A DNA stretch of 64,000 nucleotides from Deltaproteobacteria bacterium (GCA_040218735.1 JAVJQW010000062.1:64001-128000), one strand, 5' to 3'. Shown: positions 20,756-30,112, numbered from the stretch's first letter. Program-made: numbers and translations. Notes: a model not told the origin generated them from the sequence alone.

Positions 20756-23077
20756 TCAGCCTTCATCGAGGACACGTACCTTGGCAATCTCGCCGCCGAG
20801 CTCGCCCTCGATCGCCTTGACGGCGGGGTGCGATTTGGCGGCGCGTTCCTTCTCCCGTCGCGTCGCCTGACGTCCGGCCTCGTGGACCTCGTCGAGCGTC
20901 GCAGGGCGCTCCTGCGAGGGCGCGCCGCCGCCTTTGCTGTGCCGCACCTCGATGCGCGTGGGCGCACCGAAGTACTCCTCGAGGTAACCCTCGAGCGTCT
21001 TCTTGGTGTCGGCGTCCTCGAGTTTGTGGAGATCGAACCGCGTCTCGCAGCCGAGCTCGACGCGGCCCTTCTCGAACGTCAACGGCCGCACCTGAACGAG
21101 CGTCGCCGCGAGCGGCGGGCGCTTCTTCTTCACGAGATCGACGAACGCCTTGAACCGCGCGGGCACCGTCGCCGCGAGCGCGTCGGGCGACGCGTGGCCG
21201 TTGGCGCCGTTGACTCCCGCGGAGTGCGGCGGCTCGTCATAGCCGGGCGCGCCGCGCTCTTCGTAGCCGGGCGGTGGCCCGCGGTCGTGGTCGCCGGCTG
21301 GGTGCGGCGGCTCGTCGTAGCCGGGCGGCGGGCCGTGATCGTCGGCGCGGTAGCCGCCACGATCGTCGGGGCGGCTCGGTCCGCGGTCGTCGCCGCGGTG
21401 ACCACCGCGATCGTCCGGGCGGCTCATGCCGCGGTCGTCGTCGCGGTGTTGACCGCGATCGTCGGGGCGGCCCGGTCCGCGATCGTCCGGGCGGCTCATT
21501 CCGTTGTCGTCGTCGCGGTGGTGACCGCGATCGTCGGGGCGGCCCGGTCCGCGATCGTCCGGGCGCATTCCGTTGTCGTCGTCGCGGTGGTGACCGCGAT
21601 CGTCGGGGCGGCCCGGTCCGCGATCGTCCGGGCGGCTCATCCCACGGTCGTCGGCGCGGTCGTTGCCGCGGTAACGGCCGCGATCGTCCGGGCGGCTCAT
21701 CCCGCGGTTGTCGCCGCGTCCGCGGTCGTCGGCGCGCTGGCTTGCGCGCTCCTCGTACCGGCTCGGGCCCCGCTCACCGCGCCCTTCGAAGCGTGCGCCG
21801 GGGCCGCCGTCACCACGCCCGTCGTCGGCGCGCTGGCGTCCGCGCTCGAAGCGTTCGTAGCCGCCGCGACCACCGCCGCCGCCGCTCCCGCTACTGCCGC
21901 CGCCGCGCGGAGCTGCGCCGCCGTCGAGGCGCGCCTGCACGTTGCGGAGCTCCTCGAGGAGCGCCTCGACCGGGACGCGCGCCGGGGCCTCCGCGATCGA
22001 CGCGAGCTGCACCTCCAGAACGAAGCGCGGGTGCGACGCGCGGCCGACCTCCTCCACCGCTTTGCACAGGTGCTCGAACACCCGCTCCAGCTCGGGGGCC
22101 GGGACGGTCTTCGCGCGGTCCACGAGCGCGTCGATCTCGTCGGACGGGCGGTCGAGGACGTTGCTCGGCGTCGGCACCAGGCGCGCGACGAGGAGGTCGC
22201 GCACATGCTCGACGAGCGCGTCCGCGAACCGCGACAGGTCCAGCCCGCGCTCGTGGACGTCGGAGACGATCTCGATGGCCGCCCCGGGCTCGCGCCCGAG
22301 GATCGCGTCGACGGCGCGCCCCACCAGCGCGGCGTCGACCACGCCGAGCGCGTCGCGGACCAGCGGACCGTCGAGGCGACGCTGCCCGGCGAACGCGAGC
22401 ACCTGCTCGAGCAGCGACTGCGCATCGCGCATGGAGCCCTCGGCCTCGCGCGCGACGAGCGTCAGCGCAGAGGGATCGTGCTCGATGCCCTCCTCGCTCA
22501 GGATGAACGACAACCGCTCCGCGATCCGCGACAGCGCGATGCGCCGGAAGTCGTAGCGCTGGCAGCGCGAGAGGATCGTGACGGGGACCTTGTGGACGTC
22601 GGTCGTCGCGAGCACGAACTTCACGTGCGCGGGCGGCTCCTCCAGCGTCTTCAGGAGCGCGTTGAAGGCGCCCGTCGAGAGCATGTGGACCTCGTCGACG
22701 ACGTAGATCTTGTAGCGCGCCGCGCTCGGGAGGTAGCGGACGTTGTCGATGATCTCGCGGACGTTATCGACGCCCGTGTGTGACGCGGCGTCGATCTCGA
22801 AGACGTCCGTCGAACGCCCGTCGGTGATCTGCTGGCACTGCTGACAGACCCCGCACGGCGTCGCCGTCGGTCCGTCCTGCGCTTCGCAGCACAGCGCCTT
22901 CGCGAGGATCCGCGCCGCCGAAGTCTTTCCGACGCCGCGCGGCCCCGAGAACAGGAACGCGTGGGCGATCCGGTCCGACGCGATGGCGTTGGTGAGCGTC
23001 TGGGTGACGTGCTCTTGCCCGAGGACGTCCGAGAACTGCTGCGGGCGCCACTTGCGAGCGAGGACGACGTAGCTCAT
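20756..23077 (-). CDS. dnaX: DNA polymerase III subunit gamma/tau with repetitive insertion
   Basis: MSYVVLARKWRP, GPRGVGKT, EIDAAS, DEVHML, SRC. Confidence 0.96.
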   Translation of the reverse strand: MSYVVLARKWRPQQFSDVLGQEHVTQTLTNAIASDRIAHAFLFSGPRGVGKTSAARILAKALCCEAQDGPTATPCGVCQQCQQITDGRSTDVFEIDAASHTGVDNVREIIDNVRYLPSAARYKIYVVDEVHMLSTGAFNALLKTLEEPPAHVKFVLATTDVHKVPVTILSRCQRYDFRRIALSRIAERLSFILSEEGIEHDPSALTLVAREAEGSMRDAQSLLEQVLAFAGQRRLDGPLVRDALGVVDAALVGRAVDAILGREPGAAIEIVSDVHERGLDLSRFADALVEHVRDLLVARLVPTPSNVLDRPSDEIDALVDRAKTVPAPELERVFEHLCKAVEEVGRASHPRFVLEVQLASIAEAPARVPVEALLEELRNVQARLDGGAAPRGGGSSGSGGGGGRGGYERFERGRQRADDGRGDGGPGARFEGRGERGPSRYEERASQRADDRGRGDNRGMSRPDDRGRYRGNDRADDRGMSRPDDRGPGRPDDRGHHRDDDNGMRPDDRGPGRPDDRGHHRDDDNGMSRPDDRGPGRPDDRGQHRDDDRGMSRPDDRGGHRGDDRGPSRPDDRGGYRADDHGPPPGYDEPPHPAGDHDRGPPPGYEERGAPGYDEPPHSAGVNGANGHASPDALAATVPARFKAFVDLVKKKRPPLAATLVQVRPLTFEKGRVELGCETRFDLHKLEDADTKKTLEGYLEEYFGAPTRIEVRHSKGGGAPSQERPATLDEVHEAGRQATRREKERAAKSHPAVKAIEGELGGEIAKVRVLDEG
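21340..21740 (-). repeat. Intragenic tandem repeat (72/69-bp units, RPDDRG-coding) in dnaX
   Basis: ccgcgatcgtcggggcggcccggtccgcgatcgtccgggcg starts at about 21453, 21525 and 21594, with degenerate flanking copies. Confidence 0.9.
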
Positions 23078-23099
23078 CGAAGGGCCCGGGCGAAGAAGT

Positions 23100-23200
23100 G
23101 ATCGCCAGGCACCCTACAACACACGTGCTAAGCTCCTACCGTTGCTTCCTTCCGGACCTGGCGGGGTTCAGAGCCGCCCGTTGCGTAGGACCCGGCGACC
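23100..23200 (-). ncRNA. ffs: Signal recognition particle RNA (4.5S)
   Basis: Minus strand carries CAGGTCCGGAAGGAAGCA (helix 8), closed by the ggtcgccggg/cctggcgatc stem; directly upstream of dnaX. Confidence 0.95.
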
Positions 23201-23307
23201 GAGGCGGACACTAAGCACCCAACGGGGTCACAGGCAAGACAATCCGGCGTCGTCATGTCCGGCGTTGCCATCTCGTTCTTCATTCGCTACACAGCGGGCC
23301 GATTTCA

Positions 23308-23394
23308 GGAGAGGTGGCCGAGTGGCTTAAGGTGCACGACTGGAAATCGTGTGTGCTGGAAACAGTACCGAGGGTTCGAATCCCTCTCTCTCCG
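23308..23394 (+). tRNA. tRNA-Ser(GGA)
   Basis: GGAGAGG/TCTCTCC acceptor stem, anticodon arm cacga-ctGGAaa-tcgtg, long variable arm, GGTTCGAATCC. CCA not encoded. Confidence 0.96.
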
Positions 23395-23417
23395 TCCCCT
23401 GCCTTCGACGTCGCCCG

Positions 23418-24299
23418 CTACTCGGGTGGGCTCAGCATCAACTCGCCGTTTCGGTAGGCCTGCATCACGAGGTCGAACAGCTCGTCGTCGCTGGCGTCCG
23501 GATTGGCCACGGCGATGCGTCGCCCGACGGCGTTGTTGTGTAGGTCCATCGCCTGGTCGGCCTCGGGGGTGTCCGAGCCGGTCTCGTGCGCCGTCGCAAA
23601 CGCGTCCGCGAACTCGGCGCCCGCGCGCCTCGTCATGATCGCGTTCCAGTAGGCGTGCCGGAAGGCGTCAGCGTCCCCGCCGCCGAGCCCGTCGAGACCG
23701 GTTCGCGCAGCGGCGTCGTGGGCCAGCTGCGGCGTGTCGGCGACCGCCAACATCTGGAGCGGATGCCGCAACGCCACTTCCAGCTCGTGCGGGTTCAGAC
23801 GCGGAGCGGGCCCCGCCGGCGCGGGCTGTTGTCCGAGCAACCCACCGCCCTTCTGCGGGTCCGGCGCAGCCTCACCCAGCGGCCACGGGGCTTCGTCCAT
23901 CTCCACCGCGTTCGCGGGCGGGAACCCGGGATGCCCGAGCCCCTGGAGCATCTGGCCCTCGTCGAGCTCCACCGCGTTCGCCGGCGGGACCCCGGGCTGG
24001 CCCTGCGCCTGGATCAGCTGCTCTGGCCCGGCGGCGGGCACCACATTCGGATCGAACGCGCCGTCACCGAGCATGAACGCCCGCATGGCTTGCTCGTCCA
24101 CGCGGCGGGTCGTGCGCGCCAGCGCGCGGCTCTCGGCGGTCGGCGTTTCGACGGCGCCGCCGGCGAGCCGCTCTTCGATCGGCCGCACCTCGGGCGGCAG
24201 CTCCGCCTGCGCGAGCTGGGTGGGTGATTCGTCCTCGAGACGGAGGTCCGGGCTCCTACCGAGGGTCGGGCTCCTGCCCGTATCGACACTCGTCGTCAT
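23418..24299 (-). CDS. Low-complexity N-terminus plus DUF6973/Wnt-like (lipocone-type) C-terminal domain
   Basis: DAFRHAYWNA..AHE..MDLHNNAVGR. Start uncertain (24299 or 24371). Internal 22-aa duplication PPANAVE(L/M)DE. Confidence 0.7.
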   Translation of the reverse strand: MTTSVDTGRSPTLGRSPDLRLEDESPTQLAQAELPPEVRPIEERLAGGAVETPTAESRALARTTRRVDEQAMRAFMLGDGAFDPNVVPAAGPEQLIQAQGQPGVPPANAVELDEGQMLQGLGHPGFPPANAVEMDEAPWPLGEAAPDPQKGGGLLGQQPAPAGPAPRLNPHELEVALRHPLQMLAVADTPQLAHDAAARTGLDGLGGGDADAFRHAYWNAIMTRRAGAEFADAFATAHETGSDTPEADQAMDLHNNAVGRRIAVANPDASDDELFDLVMQAYRNGELMLSPPE

Positions 24300-24386
24300 G
24301 CCCGGTGCAGCATGCGATGCGCACACCAACGCGATGGGACTCGTGTCCCGCCGCAGATGTGACGGGTGCACCCAACACCCGACGGC

Positions 24387-24566
24387 TCATTCCGGCAGAC
24401 TCGTCAGCAGCTCACCGCGCCGGTGGGCCCGCATCACCCGATCGAACAGCGAGGCCTCCGAGGCGTCCGGGTCGTCGAGCGCGATGCGCCGTCCGACCGC
24501 GTCGTTGTGCAGGTCCATCGTCTGGTGCGCACCCGCCGCCGCACCATGCCGTGCCGGCTCAGCCCA
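24387..24566 (-). pseudogene. Truncated paralogue of the C-terminal half of the DUF6973-like gene
   Basis: Translates QTMDLHNDAVGRRIALDDPDASEASLFDRVMRAHRRGELLTSLPE*, aligning with QAMDLHNNAVGRRIAVANPDASDDELFDLVMQAYRNGELMLSPPE* of the neighbour. Not in the ORF track. Confidence 0.8.
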
Positions 24567-25019
24567 TCAACGCCGCGCCGCGAAGAACGCCTTCAAGACC
24601 TCGGAGCACTCCGCCGCCATCACCCCGCCCTTCACGTCGGCGCGGTGATTGAGTCGCGGGTCCGCCAGCACCGCGTAGAGCGACTGCACGGCGCCGGCCT
24701 TCGGATCCGCGGCGCCGTACACGACGCGCCCGACGCGCGCATTCACGATCGCACCCGCGCACATGACACACGGCTCGAGGGTCACGTAGAGCGTGCACTC
24801 GGACAGGCGCCAGCGCTCCAGCGTCCGACCGGCGCGCGCCATCGCGAGGAGCTCGGCGTGGGAGGTCGGGTCGAAGGACGACTCGCGTTCGTTGTGCGCG
24901 CGGACGACGATCTCCTTGCCGAGGGTCACGACCGCCCCCACCGGCACCTCACCGATCGACGCGGCGCGCTCCGCCTCCCGGAGCGCGAGCGCCATCATCG
25001 CCTCGTCGAAGGCCTTCAC
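24567..25019 (-). CDS. tadA: tRNA adenosine(34) deaminase
   Basis: GEVPVGAV, DPTSHAE, TLEPCVMCAGA, DPKAGA, LNH, FFAARR. Confidence 0.95.
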   Translation of the reverse strand: MKAFDEAMMALALREAERAASIGEVPVGAVVTLGKEIVVRAHNERESSFDPTSHAELLAMARAGRTLERWRLSECTLYVTLEPCVMCAGAIVNARVGRVVYGAADPKAGAVQSLYAVLADPRLNHRADVKGGVMAAECSEVLKAFFAARR

Positions 25020-25966
25020 GCCTGGTGTTCGGGGTGCGACGGAACCACCAACACGGAGACGTTCGAGGAGCGCAGCACCTTGGCGGTCGTCGAGCCGAGC
25101 TCGATGAAGGGCGCGATGTGGCGGCCGTGCGTGCCGACGACGATCAGCGAGGCGCCGACCTCGTCCGCGACCGCGCAGATCTGATCCTCCGGGTCACCCC
25201 GTTCGACGCGCTGCTGGATCTCGATACCGCTGTCCGCGTGGGTCTTGGCGATCGCCGCCAGGGACGCCCGCGCCCCCTCGGCCATCGCGGCCCGAATCTC
25301 GTCGACCGCTTCCTGGCCTTCGGTGTCCGCACCCACGATCGGGACGTCGGAGAGGTCCTCGCACGTCATCAGCGTCACCACCGGCTTGCGCTTCTTCAGC
25401 GCACGTAGACCTTCGATCGCGACCCGCACCACCTCGGCGGCCTCGGCGTGGAGATCGACCGCGATGACGACGTTCAGCAGCGCCTTCAGCTCTTCGTCCG
25501 GCGTGACGCCATCGTTACCCGTCGGCATCACGATCACCGGGACCTTCGTCCCGCGCACGATCGACTCCGCGACGCTCCCCTTCAGCCACCGCCGCACGCC
25601 CTTGCGCGCGTGGGTGCCGACGGCCAACAACGTCACGCCGCTCTCGGCGCAGACCTCGGGGATGACACGCGTCGGCGCCCCCTCGACGATCCGGGTCTCG
25701 ACCGCCACACCCTCGGGCGCGCCGACCTCGTCGACCATCGCGTCGAGCTGCTTTTGGGCGCTGCTCTGGATCCGCTCCTGGAGCGCCTCGAGGCGCGCGC
25801 GGACGACGGGCTGGTCGCCGGTCGGGAGCACGACCTCCTCGACCGAGTGCATCACGGTCAGCTTCGGCGTTCCGCCCATGCGGGCGAGCCGAAACGCCGC
25901 CTTGAGAGCGACACGCGAAGGCTCCGAGAAGTCGACGGCCAACGCGAGGTGATCGAACAGCGCCAT
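25016..25966 (-). CDS. Tandem-domain universal stress protein
   Basis: LAVDFSEPS, VGTHARKG..GSVAE and a second VGTHG..LGSTTAKV..VLVVP. ATG at 25966. Confidence 0.9.
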   Translation of the reverse strand: MALFDHLALAVDFSEPSRVALKAAFRLARMGGTPKLTVMHSVEEVVLPTGDQPVVRARLEALQERIQSSAQKQLDAMVDEVGAPEGVAVETRIVEGAPTRVIPEVCAESGVTLLAVGTHARKGVRRWLKGSVAESIVRGTKVPVIVMPTGNDGVTPDEELKALLNVVIAVDLHAEAAEVVRVAIEGLRALKKRKPVVTLMTCEDLSDVPIVGADTEGQEAVDEIRAAMAEGARASLAAIAKTHADSGIEIQQRVERGDPEDQICAVADEVGASLIVVGTHGRHIAPFIELGSTTAKVLRSSNVSVLVVPSHPEHQA

Positions 25967-25989
25967 GGCCTTTGAGTATCTTCGTCGCG

Positions 25990-26961
25990 TCAGTACAACA
26001 AGAGCTGCGTCAGCGCGGCCTCGATCTTGTCCGCATTCGGCAGGACGAAGCCCTCCATCCCGCGCTCGGCCGGCGTCGGGGTGTCGAGCGCCGCGACGCG
26101 ACGCACCGGGGCGTCGAGGCGGTCGAACGCCAGATCCGCGATCGTCGCCGCGATCTCCCCGCCGAAGCCGGAGGTCCGCGACGCCTCGTGCACGACGAGC
26201 ACGCGCCCGGTCTTGTCGACGGAGCGCATCACCGTCTGCCAGTCCCACGGCACGAGGGTGCGGAGGTCGATCACCTCGACGTCGTACCCGCGGGTCGCGA
26301 GCGCGTCGGCGGCGGCCAAGGACATCGACACGGTGTTCGCGTAGGTCACCACCGTCGCGTGTGTCCCCTCGCGCGCGACGTGCGCGCGGCCGAAGGGGAT
26401 CGCATCGACGCCCTCGAGCTCGTCCTTCTCGCGGCGGTACAGGTACTTCTGCTCCAGGTAGATCACCGGATCGGGATCGCGGATCGCGCTGAGCATCAGC
26501 CCCTTCGCGTCGCGCGGCGTCGCGGGCGCGACGACCTTCAGCCCCGGCGTGTGTGTGAACCACGCCTCGGGGTTCTTGGAGTGGAACGGACCGCCGCCGA
26601 CCTGCCCGCCCGCCGGGAGGCGCACGACCATCGGGACCGCGACGCCGAGCCGGTAGTGAAACGTCGATGCGTTGTACGCGAGCTGCGAGAAACCACACGC
26701 GACGAAGTCCGCGAACTGCATCTCGGCCACAGGCCGCAGCCCCCGGATCGCCGCGCCGATCGCGACGCCGAGGATCAGGCCCTCGGCGATCGGCGTGTCG
26801 ACGACGCGGCCGCGGCCGTACTTTTCGAGGAGCCCTTCGGTCGCCTTGAACGCGCCGCCGAAGTGGCCGATGTCCTCGCCGATGCAGAACACCCGCGCGT
26901 CGCGCTCCATCTCCTCGTCGAGGGCTTCGCGGATCGCCGCGACGTAGGTCGACGCGCTCAC
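25990..26961 (-). CDS. 2-oxoacid dehydrogenase E1 beta subunit
   Basis: GEDIG..GG, DTPIAE, PVAEMQFADF, GPFHS, IDLRTL. GTG start overlaps the E1 alpha stop. Confidence 0.92.
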   Translation of the reverse strand: MSASTYVAAIREALDEEMERDARVFCIGEDIGHFGGAFKATEGLLEKYGRGRVVDTPIAEGLILGVAIGAAIRGLRPVAEMQFADFVACGFSQLAYNASTFHYRLGVAVPMVVRLPAGGQVGGGPFHSKNPEAWFTHTPGLKVVAPATPRDAKGLMLSAIRDPDPVIYLEQKYLYRREKDELEGVDAIPFGRAHVAREGTHATVVTYANTVSMSLAAADALATRGYDVEVIDLRTLVPWDWQTVMRSVDKTGRVLVVHEASRTSGFGGEIAATIADLAFDRLDAPVRRVAALDTPTPAERGMEGFVLPNADKIEAALTQLLLY

Positions 26962-28058
26962 GAGTCCAGCTCCCAGTCCTCGCCGGAGGGCACCGTCCAC
27001 TCCGGCGCCCAGTGGCGGAAGACACCCTCCCCGCCGGACTCCGGCTTGGGCATCGGGTCCGCGCGGGCGATGTCGATCGCACGCTCGATCTCCGTGTCGA
27101 TGTCCTCGCCGACGGAGCGGCGCTCGTCGGCGGTGAGGACGTGGTGTTCCTCGAGGTAGCGCTCGAAGCGCTCGATCGGGTCCCAACGCCACCACGCTTC
27201 GAGCAGATCCGAAGGGACGTACTTGAAGTCGTCGTGCTCCGAGTGCCCGCGCGCGCGCATCGTCACGGACTCGATCAGCGTCGGCCCTTCGCCGCGACGC
27301 GCGCGGGTGTAGGCGCGGCGGGCGGCGTCGTAGACCTCGATCGCGTCGGTGCCGTCGACCGTTTCACCCGGCATCCCGTAGCCCATCGCGCGGTCCGAGA
27401 GTTTGTCGCACGCGTACTGCAGCGAAACCGGCGTCGAGTACGCGTACTGGTTGTTCACGATGACGAACAGCACCGGCAGCTTCTGCACCGCGGCGAAGTT
27501 GAGCGCCTCGTGGAAGTCGCCGAGCGAGGTCGCGCCGTCGCCCACCGTGGTGAGCACGCAGCTGTTGCGACCGAGCTGACGCTCCGCGAGCGCGACCCCC
27601 ACCGCGACGGGCGCCATGTGCGCGAGGTGCGAAATCATCCCGACGATGTTCGAGCCCTCCGCGCCCATGTGCAGGCTGGAGTCCTTGCCGCGCGTCGCCC
27701 CCGTCGCGCGCTTCAGATACTGCTGCATGATCTGGAGCGGCGTGTGGCCGCGGACCACGTGCGAGCCCATGTCGCGGTGGGTCGGCACGAGGACGTCGTG
27801 CTCGGCGAGTGGCCACGCGGTCGCGACGCTCGTCGCTTCGTTACCGATGCCGGTGTAGCAGCCGCCGGTGACGATGCCCTGCCGGTACAGCTCGATGACG
27901 CGCCGCTCGATTCGACGCGACGTGATCATCGCGCGGTACAGACCGACGGCGTCCGCGTTCGACGGGTGGCGGTCCGACGGGACGCGCTTGCCGATGGGGC
28001 CCGGATCCGAGGTCGGCGGCGCCGGGTGCACTACGGGAGGGGGACGTGCGGCGCTCAA
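26958..28058 (-). CDS. 2-oxoacid dehydrogenase E1 alpha subunit (TPP-dependent)
   Basis: GDGATSLGDFHEALN..NNQYA TPP motif, RARGHSEHD. Start codon uncertain. Confidence 0.92.
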   Translation of the reverse strand: MSAARPPPVVHPAPPTSDPGPIGKRVPSDRHPSNADAVGLYRAMITSRRIERRVIELYRQGIVTGGCYTGIGNEATSVATAWPLAEHDVLVPTHRDMGSHVVRGHTPLQIMQQYLKRATGATRGKDSSLHMGAEGSNIVGMISHLAHMAPVAVGVALAERQLGRNSCVLTTVGDGATSLGDFHEALNFAAVQKLPVLFVIVNNQYAYSTPVSLQYACDKLSDRAMGYGMPGETVDGTDAIEVYDAARRAYTRARRGEGPTLIESVTMRARGHSEHDDFKYVPSDLLEAWWRWDPIERFERYLEEHHVLTADERRSVGEDIDTEIERAIDIARADPMPKPESGGEGVFRHWAPEWTVPSGEDWELDS

Positions 28059-28126
28059 GGGGTCGCGAGTCTCGTGAGCACGCTCGACGACGTCAAGGGG
28101 ATCGCGATGTGCTAAAGAGGCGGGCC

Positions 28127-29530
28127 GTGACGATCCCGGTCGTGATGCCGCAGCTCGGGGAGAGCATCGTCGAGGCGACGCTCGTGCACTGGCGCGTCGA
28201 GGTCGGGGCGCGCGTCGAGCGCGGCGCGCCGATCGCCGACGTGGAGACCGACAAGGCGACGAGCGAGCTGCTCGCGCCGGCCACGGGCCGCCTCACGCGA
28301 CACCTGGTCGAAGCCGGCACGACGGTGGACGTCGGGACCCCCGTCGCGGAGCTCGAAGCGGAGGACGCGGCCGCGCCCCGCACCGCGTCGACCCTCCCCG
28401 CGCAGCGTGCCCAGCGCGACGCGCCGACCGCACCCGCGCGCCCGCCCGACCCGTCGACCGCCGGTCGGCTGACGCGGGACTACGGCGAGGCGGAGCGCGG
28501 CGGCCCACCGCGACACTCCCCGGCGGTGCGTCGCCTCGCGCGGATGCACGGGATCGATCTGGACGGCCTGGTCGGCTCGGGCCGCAACGGTCGCGTCACG
28601 CGCGACGACCTCCTCGCGATGGTCGAGGGCACGGCGCCGACGCCCATCGTGCGCAGCACGCCTCCGACGCTGCCACCGGCGCCGAGGACGCGCGAGATCG
28701 TGGCGCCCACCGCTCCGCCCGCGCCGTCGATCCCGCCGCCCGTGGCGCGCGAGCAGCTCACGCCCTTCGAGACCGCGCTCCCGAGCCCCGTCGAGCCGCG
28801 GACCTACCGGCCGACCCGCTACGTCCCGCAGCCGGACGACGAGATCGTCCCGTTCACGCGGCGCCGCATGTGGATCGCGGAGCACATGGTCCACAGCCTC
28901 GGCGTGTCGGCGCACGTCGCGACGGTTACGGAGATCGACATGTCGCGCGTCGCGCGCGCGCGCGCCGACGCGAAGGCGGACGCCGCGAGCCGCGGCTTCG
29001 AGCTGACGTACATGCCGTACATCGTGTCGGCCGTCGCGGACGCGCTCGCGGCCTACCCGGAGCTCAACGCGACGGTCCTCGACGAGCAGCTCGTGCTGCG
29101 CGGCGACCGCAACATCGGCATCGCGGTCGACACGTCGGAGGGGCTCGCGGTGTTCGTGGTGAAACGCGCCGACGAGCTCGGGTTGTTCGGCATCGCGCGC
29201 GCGATGCACACCATGGCGGCGCGCGCCCGCGCCGGCGCGCTGGAGCCGGACGACACCGCCGGCGGCTCGTTCACGATCAGCAACCCCGGCAAGGACGGGA
29301 ACCTGTTCGGCGTCTCGATCATCCGCCAGCCGGAGGTCGGCATCCTGCGCATCGGCGCGATCGTGAAGCGCCCGGTGGTCCGCCAGATCGACGGCGAAGA
29401 CGCGATCGTGATCCGCCCGATGATGTACGCGTGCCTGTCCTACGATCACCGCGTGATCGACGGACGCACCGGCAACGCCTTCCTCTCGCGCATCGCGTCG
29501 CGCCTCGCGACGTGGGGCGACCGGGACTGA
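28127..29530 (+). CDS. Dihydrolipoamide acyltransferase (E2)
   Basis: MPQLGES, ETDKA lipoyl-Lys, SPAVRRLA..GSGRNGRVT E3-binding domain, DHRVIDG. Confidence 0.92.
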   Translation: MTIPVVMPQLGESIVEATLVHWRVEVGARVERGAPIADVETDKATSELLAPATGRLTRHLVEAGTTVDVGTPVAELEAEDAAAPRTASTLPAQRAQRDAPTAPARPPDPSTAGRLTRDYGEAERGGPPRHSPAVRRLARMHGIDLDGLVGSGRNGRVTRDDLLAMVEGTAPTPIVRSTPPTLPPAPRTREIVAPTAPPAPSIPPPVAREQLTPFETALPSPVEPRTYRPTRYVPQPDDEIVPFTRRRMWIAEHMVHSLGVSAHVATVTEIDMSRVARARADAKADAASRGFELTYMPYIVSAVADALAAYPELNATVLDEQLVLRGDRNIGIAVDTSEGLAVFVVKRADELGLFGIARAMHTMAARARAGALEPDDTAGGSFTISNPGKDGNLFGVSIIRQPEVGILRIGAIVKRPVVRQIDGEDAIVIRPMMYACLSYDHRVIDGRTGNAFLSRIASRLATWGDRD

Positions 29531-29560
29531 TCGGGGACGGCTCGGGGCCGACCGGAACGC

Positions 29561-30112
29561 TCAGGAGCCGATGACGTCCGGCTTTCGGACATCCGGGTTC
29601 GGCGCGACGCTCAGCACGTGCCGCGGGAACTGCTCCACGAGGAAGTTCACGATGTCCCGAACGGAAACCACGCCGACGGGTTTCTTCGTAATGTCGACCA
29701 GCGGCACGTGACGGAACCCGCCGACGGTCATCTTGTTGAGCGCGACGGCGATCGTGTCGTGGAACGCGACCGCCTCGGGATCGCGGGTCATCACCTCCCC
29801 GATCGGGGTGCTGGGATCCGCGTGCCCGTAGACGCGCCGGAGCACGTCGCGCTCCGTGAAGATGCCGGTGAGCACGCCGTCCTTCGTGACGAGCACGCAA
29901 CCGTGGTTGCGATCGGCGAGGCCCTGCACGACGTCGCCGACGCGCGCGTCCTCCGTGACGCAGACCGGCTCCGTCGTGCCGATGTCCTCGAGCGTCCGTG
30001 ACAGCAGCTCGGCCGAAAAACCGTCCTGGTCTTCGGTCGGCTCGGCTTCGTAGGCCTCGGTGAACTCGCTGGTGTTCGTGATCCCGAGATCCTCGTCCTG
30101 GATGATGCCCAT
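29561..30112 (-). CDS. CBS domain-pair protein
   Basis: GIFTERDV, VMTRDPE, GFRHVPLVD, GVVSVRDIV. Confidence 0.9.
   Translation of the reverse strand: MGIIQDEDLGITNTSEFTEAYEAEPTEDQDGFSAELLSRTLEDIGTTEPVCVTEDARVGDVVQGLADRNHGCVLVTKDGVLTGIFTERDVLRRVYGHADPSTPIGEVMTRDPEAVAFHDTIAVALNKMTVGGFRHVPLVDITKKPVGVVSVRDIVNFLVEQFPRHVLSVAPNPDVRKPDVIGS

Noticed and set aside
21340-21740. Repeat array considered as CRISPR
   Set aside because: The units are in-frame coding repeats within dnaX, have no unique spacers, and no cas genes are present.
20756-23077. Programmed frameshift or slippage site producing a DnaX gamma form
   Set aside because: No AAAAAAG or long A run was seen on the coding strand.
24540-24569. 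Selenocysteine recoding of the tadA TGA
   Set aside because: TadA is complete at the stop (FFAARR), the position is not catalytic, and no convincing SECIS hairpin follows.
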